From assembly GCA_030390025.1 (NCBI GenBank), contig JASTWF010000035.1, forward strand, positions 3,348,001-3,412,000: a stretch of 64,000 nucleotides of DNA, given 5' to 3'. This document shows, in pieces, positions 22,756 through 35,872 of this stretch. Position 1 is the first letter of the stretch. Every line of letters starts with the position of its first letter. Source of the DNA: Squalus acanthias. Lineage: Eukaryota. Both the position numbers and the translations under genes were made by a program. The notes under the pieces are model-generated. The model ran no database searches. It saw only the letters and a list, made by a program, of their open reading frames with translations, and was not told the origin of the DNA.

Positions 22756-25700
22756 AGCCTCTCTGGCCTCAGGTGTGGTGCCGGAGGACTGGAGGACTGC
22801 TAATGTGGTACCCTTGTTTAAAAAGGAAGAAAGGGCCCTTGAGTAATTCATTTAATTGAGTGAAATTGGTGGTATTGATTTGATTTAATTAAAGTTCAAT
22901 TAATTAAAGGGTAAGTCATGGCAGGACAGCCCAGCCCCGTGTTGTGCTCCTCCTGCTCTATGTGGGAAATCAGGGACCCTTCCGGTGTCCCTGACGACCA
23001 TGTGTGCGGGAAGTGTATCCAGCTGCAGCTACTGACAGCCCGCATTGCGGCGCTGGAGCTGCGGCTGGATGCATATTGGAGCATTCGCGATGCTGAGAAC
23101 CTCGTGGATAGCACGTTTAGTGAGTTGGTCACACCGCAGGTGAAGGGTGTACAGGCAGGAAGGGAATGGGTGACCACCAGGAAGAGTAGGAGGTGCAGAC
23201 AGGTAGTGCAGGGGTCCCCTGTATCCATCCCCCTCTCAAACAGATATACCGCTTTGGATACTGTTGGGGGGGATGACTTAGGGGAAGGCAGCAGCAGCCA
23301 ACTTCCTGGCACCATGGGCGGCCCTGCTGCACAGGCTGGGAGGAAAAAGAGTGGAAGAGCTATAGTGATAGGGGACTCAATTGTAAGGGGAATAGATAGG
23401 CGTTTCTGCGGCTGCAACCGAGACTCCAGGATGGTGTGTTGCCTCCCTGGTGCAAGGGTCAAGGACGTCTCGGAGCGACTACAGAACATTTTGGAGGGGG
23501 AGGGCGAACAGCCAGCTGTCGTGCTGCACATAGCCACCAACGATATAGGTAAAAAAGGGGATGAGGTCCTAAAAGCAGAATATAGGGAGTTAGGAGGTAA
23601 ATTAAAAAATAGGACCTCAAAGGTAGTAATCTCAGGATTGCTACCAGTGCCACGTGCTAGTCAGAGTAGAAATAGGAGGATATTTCAAATGAATACGTGG
23701 CTAGAGGAATGGTGCAAGGGGGAGGGATTCAAATTCCTGGGACATTGGAACCGGTTCTGGGGGAGGTGGGACCAGTACAAACCGGACGGTCTGCACCTGG
23801 GCAGGGCCGGACCGCTGTCCTAGTGGGAGTGTTTGCTAGTGCTGTTGGGGAGGATTTAAACTAATGTGGCAGGGGGTTGGGAACCTGAGCAGGGAGACAG
23901 AGGAAAGCATGTCAGGAAGGGACAGAAGGTATGGAGTAAAAGGTAAAGTGTTAAATAAGGAAAAAGCAGGAAGTAAGTGTCACAAAACACATTTGAAAGT
24001 TCTTTATCTGAATGCACGTAGCATTCGTAACAAAATTGATGAGTTAACGGCACAAATAACTATGTATGGGTATGATCTTGTGGCCATTACAGAAACATGG
24101 CTGCAGGGTGACAACGTCTGGGAATTAAATATGCCAGGGTATTTAACAATCAGGAAGGACAAGCAGGAAGAAAGGGGAGGGGGGGTGGCTATGTTAATAA
24201 AGGAAGGAATCACTGTAATAGAGAGAAATGATATTGGGTCAAAAGATCAGGATAATGAAACAGTTTGGGTAGAGATAAGGAATAATAAGGGGAAAAAAAC
24301 ACTGGTGGGCGTAGTATATAGGCCTCCTAATAGTTGCAACTCAGTTGGAAGAAGTATTAATCAGGAAATAGTTGGGGCATGTAATAAGGGAACAGCTATA
24401 ATTATGGGGGATTTTAACTATCATATTAACTGGACAAATCAAATTGGGCAGGGCAGCCTTGAGGAAGAGTTTATTGAGTGTCTTAGGGATGGATTTCTTG
24501 AGCAGTATGTAACTGATCCTACAAGGGGGCAAGCAACCTTGGACCTGGTACTGAGTAATGAGTCAAGATTAATTAATAATGTCCTAGTTAAGGATCCCCT
24601 TGGAATGAGTGACCATAACATGGTTGAATTCCATATCCAATTAGAGGGTGAGAAGGTTGGTTCTCAAACAAGCATACTGAGCTTGAATAAAGGAGACTAT
24701 GATAGTATGAGAGCAGAATTGATTAAAGTGGACTGGGAAAATAGATTAAAGGGTAAGACGGTACATGAGCAGTGGTGTTCATTCAAGGAGTTATTTTACA
24801 ACTTTCAAAATAAATATATTTCACTGAGGAAAAAAGGGTGTAAAAGAAATGACAGCCATCCATGGCTAAGTAAAGAAATTAAAGAAAGTATCCAACTAAA
24901 AACAAGGACATATAAGGTAGCCAAAGTTAGTGGGAGGATAGAAGATTGGGAAGTCTTCAAAAGACAACAAAAAGTAACTAAAGGATTGATTAAGAAAGGG
25001 AAAATAGACTATGAAAATAAATTAGCAAAAAATATAAAAACAGATAGCAAGAGTTTCTATAGTTATATAAAAAGAAAAAGGGTGGTTAAGGCAAACGTAG
25101 GTCCCTTAGAGGATGAGACCGGGAAATTAATGGTGGGAAACATGGAGATGGCAAAAATGCTGAACAAATATTTTGTTTCAGTCTTTACGGTAGAGGACAC
25201 TAAGAATATCCCAACACTGGACAAACAGGGGGCTCTAGTGGGGGAGGAGCTAAATACGATTAAAATCACTAAGGAATTGGTACTCAGTAAAATAATGGGA
25301 CTCAAGGCGGACAAATGCCCTGGACCTGATGGCTTACATCCTAGGGTCTTGAGAGAAGTGGCAGTAGGAATTGTGGATGCTTTGGTAATAATTTTCCAAA
25401 ACTCCCTGAACTCAGCAAAGGTCCCGGCAGATTGGAAAACTGCTAATGTAACACCCTTATTTAAAAAGGGTAGTAGGCAGAAGGCTGGAAATTATAGACC
25501 AGTTAGCCTAACATCTGTGGTGGGTAAAATTTTGGAGTCTATTATTAAGGAGACAGTAACGGAACATTTAGATAAACATAATTTAATAGGACAAAGTCAG
25601 CATGGCTTTATGAAGGGGAAGTCATGTCTGACAAATTTGCTCGAGTTCTTTGAGGACATAACGTACAGGGTGGATAAAGGGGAACCAGTGGATGTAGTGT

Positions 25701-28370
25701 ATTTAGACTTCCAGAAGGCATTCGACAAGGTGCCACATAAAAGATTATTACTCAAGATAAAAAATCACTGGATTGGGGGTAATATTCTGGCATGGGTGGA
25801 GGATTGGTTATCTAACAGGAAGCAGAGAGTTGGGATAAATGGTTCATTCTCGGACTGGCAACCAGTAGCCAGTGGTGTTCCGCAGGGGTCTGTGCTGGGT
25901 CCCCAACTCTTTACAATCTATATTAACGATTTGGAGGAGGGGACCGAGTGTAACATATCAAAGTTTGCAGATGATACAAAGATGGGAGGGAAAGTAGAGA
26001 GTGAGGAGGACATAAAAAACCTACAAGGGGATATAGACAGGCTGGGTGAGTGGGCAGAGATTTGGCAGATGCAATACAATATTGGAAAATGTGAGGTTAT
26101 GCACTTTGGCAGGAAAAATCAGAGAGCAAGTTATTATCTTAATGGTGAGAAACTGGAAAGTACTGCAGTACAAAGGGATCTGGGGGTCTTGGTGCAAGAA
26201 AATCAAAAAGTTAGTATGCAGGTGCAGCAGGTGATCAAGAAAGCCAATGGAATGCTGGCTTTTATTGCTAGGGGGATAGAATATAAAAACAGGAGGTATT
26301 GCTGCAGTTGTATAGGGTACTGGTGAGACCGCACCTGGAGTACTGCATACAGTTTTGGTGTCCATACTTAAGAAAAGACATACTTGCTCTTGAGGCAGTA
26401 CAAAAAAGGTTCACTCAGTTAATTCCGGGGATGAGGGGGTGGACATACGAGGAGAGGTTGAGTAGATTGGGACTCTACTCATTGGAGTTCAGAAGAATGA
26501 GAGGCGATCTTATTGAAACATATAAGATTGTGAAGGGGCTTGATCGGGTGGACACGGTGAGGATGTTCCCAATGATGGGTGAAACTAGAACTAGGGGACA
26601 TAATCTTAGAATAAGGGGCTGCTCTTTCAAAACTGAGATGAGGAGAAACCTTTTCACTCAGAGGGTAGTGTGTCTGTGGAATTTGCTACCCCAGGAAGCT
26701 GTGGAAGCGACATCATTAAATAAATTTAAAACAGAAATAGACCGTTTCCTAGAAGTAAAGGGAATCAGGGGTTACGGGGAGCGGGCTGGAAATTGGACAT
26801 GAGTTTGAGTTCGGATCGGTCAAGGCCCTGTGGGTGGCGGAGCGGGCCCAGGGGCCGAGTGGCCTGGTCCTGCTCCGACTTCTTGTGTTCTTTAGAGTTG
26901 AGGTTGGATCAGATCAGCCATGATCTTATTGAATGGCGGAGCAGGCTCGAGGAGCCGATTGGTCTACTCCTGCTCCTATTTCTTATGTTCTTAAAAGGAT
27001 AGACCGAGTAATTACAGGCCAGTCAGCCTAACCACGGTGGTGAGAAAATTATTGGAAAGAATTCTGAAGGACAGGATAAAGCTTCATTTAGAAAGACACG
27101 GATTTGTTAAGGGAAGGTCGTGTCTGACAAACTTGATTGAATTTTTTGAGGAGGTAACAAGGAGGGTAGATGAGGGTAGTGCGTTTGATGTAGTGTATAT
27201 GGACTTTAGCAAGGCTTTTGATAAGGTTCCACATGGCAGACTGGTCACGAAGTTAAAAGCCCATGGGATCCAGGGCAAAGTGTCAAGTTGGATTCAAAAC
27301 TGGCTCGGAGGCAGGAAGCAGAGGGTAATTGTTGATGGGTGTTTTTGTGACTGGAAGGCTGTTTCCAGTGGGGTTCCGCAGGGCTCAGTACTAGATCCCT
27401 TGCTTTTTGTGGTATATATCAACGATCTTGACTTGAATATAGGGGGTACGATTAAGAAGTTTGCAGATCATACTAAAATCGGCTGTGTGGTTGATACTGA
27501 AGAAGGAAGCTGTAGACTGCAGGAAGATATCAATAAATTGGTCAGGTGGGCAGAACAGTGGCAAATGGAATTCAATCCGGAGAAGTGTGAGGTAATGCAA
27601 TTGGGGAGGCCTAACAAGGAAAGGGAATACACAATAAATGGTAGGACACTGAGTAGTGTAGAGGAACAAAGGGACTTTGGAGTGCATGTCCACAGATCCC
27701 TGAAGGTAGCAGGCCAGTAGATAAGGTGGTTAAGAAGGCATACAGAATGTTTCCCTTTATTAGCCGTGGCATAGAATACAAGAGCAGGGGGTTATGCTTC
27801 AACTGTATAAAACACTAGTTAGGCCTCAGCTAGAGTACTGCGTGCAGTTCTGGTCACCACATTATGTGATTGCACTAGAGAGGGTACAGAGGAGATTTAC
27901 AAGGATGTTGCCGGGAGTAGAGAATCTTAGCTATGAGGAAAGACTGGATAGGCTGGGTCTGTTTTCCTTGGAACAGAGGAGGCTGAGGCGAAACCTTATT
28001 AAGGTGTATAAAATTATATGGGGCATACATAAGTGGATAGAAAGGACCTATTTCCCTTAGCAGAGGGGTCAAAAACCAGGGGGCACAGATTTAAAGTAAT
28101 TAGGGGATGGTTTAGAGGGGATTTGAGGGGAAATTTCTTCACCCAGAGGGTTGTGGTGGTCTGGAACTCACTGCCTGAAAGGGTAGTAGAGGCAGGAACC
28201 CTAACCACATTTAAAAAGTACTTGGATGTGCACTTGGGATGCTCTAACCTGCAGGGCTACGGACCAAGAGCTGGGAAGTGGGATTAGGCTGGATAGCTCT
28301 TTGTTGGCCGGCGCGGACACGATGGGCCGAAATGGTCTCCTTCCGTGCTGTAACTTTCTATGATTCTATG
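22755..28370 (+). mobile_element. 5'-truncated CR1 (B-like), pieces 22755-22835 and 26993-28370, split by a younger CR1
   Basis: SGVVPEDWRTANVVPLFKK at the left resumes as DRPSNYRPVSLT at 26995. ORFs 27037-27720, 27794-28060 and 28033-28287. (ATTCTATG)n tail. Confidence 0.85.
22836..26992 (+). mobile_element. Near-full-length CR1 with one frameshift in each ORF and a doubled 3' UTR
   Basis: ORF1 starts at 22918 (1-nt deletion near 23812, true stop at 23862-23864). ORF2 is 23864-26326 plus 26299-26802 (frameshift near 26290). Two tandem 3' tails at 26800-26992. Confidence 0.94.
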
Positions 28371-28439
28371 AATTAATCCACACTTGTCCAGGTGACTGTT
28401 AACTTTGTCCCTGATTATTGTTTCTAAAAGCTTCCTAAA

Positions 28440-28849
28440 AGTTTCTAAAATTTTCATTGTACTCTTTTGTTTATTAGTTATAAAAAATATTGGAGATTGC
28501 GGGGGGGGGGGGGGGGGAGTCTGTTTGACTGACAATCAAGCAGAGAACCGGGACCGGCTGATGTGCCTGGAGCAGTCAGTGAGGGAGTCGGGGGTTGCAG
28601 GAGAAAGAGGGAGACTGGGGGTCAGGTGAGTGGGGCTCATGTGTAGGGGGAAGAGGAAGCGGGATGGGCGTGAGGACCAGTATTTTCTGCAGTATCAGGA
28701 TAGCAGCAGCAACAGTAATATGGTGAGTGGGAGCGGCGCTGAGAGAATTTTTATAGAGAAAAAAATACTTGCGTTGTCTTACAGGGGGTCCGTCGAATTT
28801 TTGTAACACTGGAGGGGGGCCTCAGAAGCAAAAAGGTTGAGAACCTCTG
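28440..28849. mobile_element. Probable hAT (Charlie-like) non-autonomous element end; left boundary uncertain
   Basis: Ends AAAAAGGTTGAGAACCTCTG (reverse complement CAGAGGTTCTCAACC) followed by CTCTAGAC, which fits the NTCTAGAN target typical of Charlie-type hATs. The other TIR was not found. Confidence 0.5.
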
Positions 28850-28857
28850 CTCTAGAC

Positions 28858-29000
28858 TGCACTCCCCCGAGGTGTCATCACCCTCAACGGCATTCTGCAC
28901 TTCCTGCACACGTGGTTATCCAGGACACATGAAGTGCCCTGGAGTTCCCACATGACACAGGAATTATAGGCAACAGGTCACAGCTGTCCCATCATTTTGC
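28858..29000 (-). mobile_element. Decayed CR1 ORF1 N-terminal fragment
   Basis: Minus strand encodes SCVMWELQGTSCVLDNHVCRKC, homologous to the ORF1 zinc finger. AT-rich UTR-like sequence lies upstream. Confidence 0.65.
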
Positions 29001-29447
29001 TTAAAAGTCTATCTACTTATGTTACATACGTTTTAGTTTAGTATTCCCTTAATTCCTAGTTATTATTTATGCGTACCAGATTTTTATATAATGTAATTTG
29101 GATCCTTTTAATGTTGGTATCCTTTACTTAGTTAATTTTTTCAGCTTAGTTTTAATTAATTACTCTGATTATTTATTTATAGATTTACTTATTTACTATT
29201 GCCCCTTGGTTTAAATTATTTGGCACCTCCTTCCCCCTCTACACCGAATTTGCATTTTTAAAGTCCTCACTCAGTTTGCAATTCACTCTGTTTTGGGCAG
29301 ATTCACCCAGCTATGTGCTCAAAGCTCCCCCATCGTACCCTTTGGTCTCTGATTCTGGTCAACTTTGCACAACCTAACCCCTTCACCCCACCATTGGTGG
29401 AAGAGCTGTCTCTGGAACTCGCTGCATCTTTTGGTGCTCGGACTTAC

Positions 29448-29647
29448 CGCCTGACCCTCCACTGCATAACCTGAGCTTCCTTCATCCTCTGTAGCTCAGA
29501 CATGTAGGACATGATGCGAGCATTGCAGGTCAGCAGGCTCTTTGCTGCCTCCAGCGCTTGCTCCCTCTGCGTACACGCTGCCAGGAGTTTGCAGGCCCCA
29601 TCCCGCATCCGGATTTCATAGTCAATCTTCTTCTGGAAATCAGTGTC
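29448..29647 (-). CDS. RTKN: Internal coding exon of rhotekin (Rho-binding HR1 domain), probably coding exon 2
   Basis: ttttccag|GAC..CG|gtaagt boundaries, 200 bp, phase 0/2. Translates DTDFQKKIDYEIRMRDGACKLLAACTQREQALEAAKSLLTCNARIMSYMSELQRMKEAQVMQWRVR. This matches my recollection of vertebrate RTKN (DTELQRKLDHEIRMREGACKLLAACSQREQALEATKSLL..) better than RTKN2. Confidence 0.92.
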
Positions 29648-29935
29648 CTGGAAAACATGGAGCGATGGGCAATTTATTAAAAGCTTTGCTGAAATCTTAA
29701 TGAAGTGTCACATCAGGGATTGTTATACAAGTGTGGAACGGTGGAGAAAAGCAAGCTGGGTGGTCATGGAAGGAGGTAACGAGTGAGATGTCTTAGCGTC
29801 AGTGTCTGGACCATTGCAGTTAACAATCCACAGAAATAAATCTCTCCAACTTTGCAGATGATAGTAAACTGGGAGGGATGGCCACAGAAAACATTCTGAT
29901 CAAACACAAGGACCTGAGAATACAGAGGGCATATA

Positions 29936-30828
29936 GGGGTAAAAATTCACTTGGTTGCGCCACCCGTTAGCGCCTTAAGAGGGCGCTAATGGGGCGCAAA
30001 GCCGCTAACGCCCGGGCGCAGCGATGTTTGCGCCGCTCGAGAACATAACTTGAGATTGTGCGGCGGCGCTAAAACTTACCGCTGCGACCACCTGCGCGCG
30101 CAGATTGTGACGTCATTCCATGGTGCAACGCCCTTGGGGCGCCCCGTAGCGGAAATTGAGTGGCGCCCCCTGCCTTACCGCCTGGCGCTTCCAACGACCA
30201 GAAGACTGGAACGCTATCAATCGCTGTGGGGCTGGGGGGGGCGCTATTTAAAGGGGGCCTCTTCCTGTCTTTTATTGTTGGTGGCATTTTTGAACTACGC
30301 ATTCTGAGAGAGAGAGGGAGAGACTTCTGGAGAGATTCAACGTTGTGTGAAGGAGTTTTGGGTACTGAGCAGCACTTTGCAGGTTCATTTTGATTTGCCA
30401 TTCCTTGTATCGATTTAGCAGAGACCGTGGGAGCTGCACTCTGAGCTCTTTGCCTGGTGCTCTCCATTGTTCTTTCCAGCACATTTGATGTGCAAGTCTC
30501 TCCAGGCCGAGATTCAAGGCAGCAATGAACAGGATGTGGATGGAAAGCAAGATTAACCATCCCCTTTAAGAACTGGCCCGTGCCATTGTGTGTGTGTTCC
30601 ATTGCTGACTGACATTACATGAGCTTCGCCAGCGCTCCGAGTTAGCGCCTCACTGCTCGGCCTTTGCGCCTTAAGAGAGGTGTGCAGTGCCTGCTTTAGC
30701 GCTCCACTCACCTCCCGGGGCGGTAAAAGTGAAGTTTCCCGTCAGTGCCGATAATTAGCGCAAGGCGCTAATATTTGCGTCCGGACGATATTTGCGCCCC
30801 AAATGGGGCGCGACCTAATTTCTACCCC
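29936..30828 (+). mobile_element. Harbinger-family MITE (893 bp) related to the element at 51631-55822
   Basis: TIRs GGGGTAAAAATT and AATTTCTACCCC. Flanks ATA and ATG. The first ~400 bp and last ~340 bp align closely with the two ends of the large element. Confidence 0.92.
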
Positions 30829-31158
30829 ATGGAATCAGAGAACCTTACAGCACAGAAAGAGGCTAATCGACCAGTCGTGCCTGTGACGGCTCTTTGAAAG
30901 TGCTGTCCAATTTGGTCCCGCACCACAGCTTTATCCCCATAACCCTGTATATTATGCTCTTCAAGGTCATGTCCAGTTGCCTTTTGAAAGTTCTGAGGGA
31001 ATCTGATTCCACCTCCCTTTCAGTTAGTATGTTCCAGATCATAACAACCCTGTGTGTGAAGAAATTTATCATTTCCCCTCTACTTCTCTTGCCAATTGTT
31101 TTAAATCGATGTCCTCTGGTTATTGACCCACTTGCCAGAGGAAACAGTTTCTCGCTAC
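30829..31158 (-). mobile_element. Old CR1 3' fragment
   Basis: ORF 30863-31072 (NFFTHRVVMIWN..). Confidence 0.75.
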
Positions 31159-32691
31159 TTTTTTTATTCGTTCCTGGGATGTGGGCGTCGCTGGCAAGGC
31201 CAGTATATATTGCTCATCCCTAGTTGCCCTTGAGAAGGTGGTGGTGAGCCGCCTTCTTGAACCGCTGCAGTCCATGTGGTGACGGTACTCCCACAGTGCT
31301 GTTGGGGAGGGAGTTCCAGGATTTTGACCCAGCGACGATGAAGGATCGGCGATATACTTCTAAGTCAGGATGATGTGTGACTTGGAGGGGAACTTGGAGG
31401 TGGTGGTGTTCCCATGCGTCGGCTGCCCTTCTCCTTCTTCTAGGTGGAAGAGGTCGCGAGTTTGGGAGGTGCTGCCGAAGAAGCCTTGGCGAGTTGCTGC
31501 AGTGCATCTTGTAGATGGTACACACTGCAGCCACAGTACGCCGGGGGTGGAGGGAGTGGATGTTTAAGGTAGTAGATGGGGTGCCAATCAAGCGGGCTGC
31601 TTTGTCCTGGATGGTGTCGAGCTTCTCGAGTGTTGTTGGAGCTACACTCATCCAGGCAAGTGGAGAGTATTCCATCACACTCCTTACTTGTGCCTTGTAG
31701 ATTGTAGAAAGGCTTTGGGGAGTCAGGAGGAGAGACACTCGCCACAGAATACCTAGCCTCTGACCTGCTCTTGTTACCACAGTATTTATGTGGCTGGTCC
31801 AGTTAAGTTTCTGGTCAATGGTGACCCCCAGGATGTTGATAGTGGGGGATTCGGCGATGGTTATGCCATTGAATGTCAAGGGGCGGTGTTTAGACTCTCG
31901 CTTGTTGGAGATAGTCATTGCCTGGCACTTCTGTATCACGAATGTTACCTGCCACTTATCAGCCCAAGCCTGAATGTCGTCCAGCTCTTGTTGCATCCGG
32001 GCATGGACTACTTCATTATCTGAGGAGTTGTGAATGGCACTGAACACTGTGCAGTCATCAGCGAACATCCCCATTTCTGACCTTATGTTGGAAAGAAGGT
32101 CATTGATGAAGCAGCTGAAGATGATTGGGCCTAGGACACTGCCCTGAGGAACTCCCGCAGCGATGTCCTGGGGCTGTGATGATTGACCTTCAATCACCAC
32201 AGCCATCTTCCTTTGTGCTAAATATGACTCCAGCCAGTGGAGAGTTTTCCCCCCCATTCCCATTGACTTCAATTTTACTAGGGCTCCTGGATGCCACACT
32301 CGGTCAAATGCTGCCTTGATGTCAAGGGCAATCACTCTCACCTCACCTCTGGAATTCAGCTCCTTTGTCCATGTTTGGACCAAGGCTATAATGAGGTCGG
32401 CAGCCGAGTGGTCTTGGCGGAACCCAAACTGAGCATCAGTGAGCTGGTTATTGGTGAGTAAGTGCCACTTGATAGCACTTTCGATGACACCTTCCATTAC
32501 TTTGCTGATGATTGAGAGTAGACTGATGGGGTGGTAATTGGCCGGATTGGATTGGTCCTGCATTTTGTGGACAGGACACACCTGGGCAGTTTTCCACAAT
32601 GTTGGACAGATGCCAGTGTTGTAGCTGTACTGAAACAGCTTGGCTAGAGGCGCGGCTAGTTCTGGAGCACAAGTCTTCAGCACAAGTCTTC

Positions 32692-34860
32692 AGCAACGTT
32701 CCTGGGAGGACTGGAGGTAGATAAACAATGGCAAGCATTTAAAGATAGAATGACAAAATTGCAAAAATTGTTTATACCAATCTGGCATAAAAGGAAATCT
32801 AAAAAGGTGACTCAACCGTGGATAACAGGGGAAATTAGAGACAGCATAAAATCCAAAGATAGGGCGTATAAAATAGCCAAAAAAAGCGCCAGAGCGGAAG
32901 ATTGGGAACAGTTTAAGATAGAGCAAAGGAGGACAAAGGGCTTAATCAAGAGGGGCAAAATAGCTTACGAAAGCAAGCTGGCGGAAAATATAAAAACTAA
33001 CTCCAAAAGCTTTTATAAGTATATCAAGAGGAAAAGACTGGTGAAAACCAAAGTTGGCCCATTGCAGTCAGATACGGGGGAATATATAACGGGAAATAAA
33101 GAAATGGCAGACCAACTAAATGCATACTTTGGGTCAGTCTTTACGAAGGAAGACACAAAAAACCTCCCTGGGATATCGGGAAAAATAGGGACATTTGCAA
33201 AGGAGGAACTGACGCAAGTCAATATCTCTAAGGATATGGTGTTAAGGAAGCTAAAGGGATTGAAGGCGGACAAATCCCCAGGGCCTGATAACATGCATCC
33301 TAGGGTGCTGAAGGAGGTGGCCCTAGAGATAGCGGATGCACTAAGTATGATTTTTCAGAATTCATTAGACTCGGGAACAGTGCCCATGGATTGGAGGGTA
33401 GCTAACGTTACCCCACTATTCAAAAAGGGGGGTAGGGAAAAAGCAGGTAATTACAGACCTGTAAGCCTTACATCAGTTGTGGGCAAAATGCTGGAGTCCA
33501 TCATTAAGGATGAAATAGCGGAGCACTTAGCAAATGGGGACAGGATAGGACAGAGTCAACATGGATTTACAAAGGGTAAATCGTGCTTGACTAATCTATT
33601 GGAATTTTTTGAGGGAGTAACTGGTAAAATAGATGGGGGAGAGCCAGTAGATGTGGTGTACCTGGACTTCCAAAAGGCCTTCGATAAGGTCCCACATGAA
33701 AGATTAGCAGGGAAAATTGAAGCTCATGGGATAAAGGGGAAAGTATTGACGTGGATAGAGAACTGGCTGTCAGATAGAAAACAGAGAGTTGGAATAAACG
33801 GCTCATTTTCTGAATGGCAGGCAGTAACAAGTGGGGTACCACAGGGATCTGTCCTGGGTCCCCAGCTGTTCACAATTTACATTAATGACCTGGATCAGGG
33901 AGTCGGATGCAGCATTTCCAAATTTGCAGACGACACTAAACTAGGAGGGGGGGTGGGCTCAGAGGAGGAGACCAGGAAGCTCCAGAGCGATTTGGACAGA
34001 CTGGGTGATTGGGCGGATAAATGGCAGATGCACTATAATGTGGACAAGTGCGAAGTTATCCACCTTGGGTGCAGGAACGGGAGGGCAAATTATTATTTAA
34101 ATGGCAATAAATTGGGAGAGGGGGAAGTACAGAGAGACCTGGGTGTTCTTGTACACCAGTCACTGAAGGCGAGCATGCAGGTGCAACAGGCGGTCAAGAA
34201 GGCAAACGGTATGCTGGCCTTCATAGCAAAAGGGTTGGAATACAGGAACAGGGATACCTTGCTGCAGTTGTACAGGGCACTGGTGAGACCACACCTCGAG
34301 TACTGTGTACAGTTTTGGTCGCCTCATCTGAGGAAAGATGTTCTTGCCATGGAGGGGGTGCAGCGGCGATTCACCAGGCTGATACCAGGAATGGCGGGAT
34401 TGACCTATGAGGAGAGACTATGTAGTTTAGGGATGTACACACTGGAGTTTAGAAGATTGAGAGGGGACCTCATAGAAGTGTATAAAATTCTGACAGGTCT
34501 AGACAGACTAGATGCAGAAGCAATGTTTCCCTTGGCGGGTGAGAACAGAACTAGAGGACATAATTTAAGGATAAGGGCTAAACCATTTAGGACAGAAATG
34601 AGGGGGAATTTCTTCACTCAGAGGGTGGTGAACCTGTGGAACTCATTGCCACAGAGGGCAGTGTACGCCAGCTCATTAAATATATTTAAGAGGGAATTAG
34701 ATATATTTCTACAGGCAAAAGGGGTTAAGGGTTACGGAGAGAAGGCGGGGACGGGATACTGAATTGGAGGATCAGCCATGATCTCATTAAATGGCGGAGC
34801 AGGCTCGAAGGGCCTGATGGCCTACTCCTGCTCCTATCTTCTATGTATCTATGTATCTAT
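32692..34860 (+). mobile_element. 5'-truncated young CR1 (family C) with an uninterrupted ORF2 segment
   Basis: ORF 32750-34762, 670 aa without stops, with a (TATCTATG)n tail. Near-identical to 42025-43008 and 56346-58808. Confidence 0.96.
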
Positions 34861-35872
34861 GATAGCCGGGATGTTGTCACGGCCCATAGCCTTTGCTGTA
34901 TCCAGTGCGCTCAGCCGTTTCTTGATATCATGTGGAGTGAATCGAATTGGCTGAAGACTGGCTTCTGTGATGGTGGGGACCGCAGGAGGAGTCCGATATG
35001 GATCATCCACTCAGCACTTCTGGCTGAAGATGGTTGCAAACGCTTCATCAGCCTTGTCTTTTGCACTCACGTGCTGGGCTCCACCATCATTGAGGATGGG
35101 GATATTCATGGAGCCTCCTCCTCCCGTTAGTTGTTTAATGGTCCACCACCATTCACAACTGGATGTGGCAGGACTTTTGATCTGATCGTTAATTGTGGGA
35201 TCGCTTAGCCCTGTCGATAGCATGCTGCTTCCGCTTTTTAACATGCCTGTAGTCCTGTGATGCAGCTTCCCCAGGTTGGCGCCTCATTTTTAGGTACGCC
35301 TGGTGCTGCTCATAGAGTCATAGAGTTATACAGCACAGAAAGAGGCCCTTTGGCCCATCGTGTCCGCGCCGGCCATCAAGCCCTGTTTATTCTAATCTCA
35401 TTTTCCAGCACTTGGTCCGTAGCCTCGTATGCTATGGCATTTCAAGTGCTCATCTAAATGCTTCTTGAATGTTGTGAGGGTTCCTGCCTCTACCACACTT
35501 TCAGGCAGAGAGTTCCAGATTCAAACCACCCTCTGGGTGAAAAAGTTTTTCCTCAAATCCCCTCTAAACCTCCTGCCCCTTACCTTGAAACTATGCCCCC
35601 TGGTTATTGACCCCTCTATTAAGGGGAAAAGTTCTTTTCTATCTACCCTATCGATGCCCCTCATAATTTTGTACACCTCAATCAGGTCTCCCCTCAGCCT
35701 TCTCTGCTCTAAGGAAAACAACCTCAGCCTGTCCAGTCTCTCTTCATAGCTGAAGCGCTCCAGCCCAGGTAACATCCTGGTGAATCTCATCCGCACCCTC
35801 TCCAATGCAATCACATCCTTCCTATAGTGTGGCAACCAGAACTGCACACAGTATTCCAGCTGTGGCCTAACT

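Noticed and set aside
30050..30602. ORFs within the MITEs (also 50523-51223 and 51751-52039)
   Set aside because: GC-rich subterminal sequence with no recognisable domains, and the longer frames are not conserved between the MITE copies.
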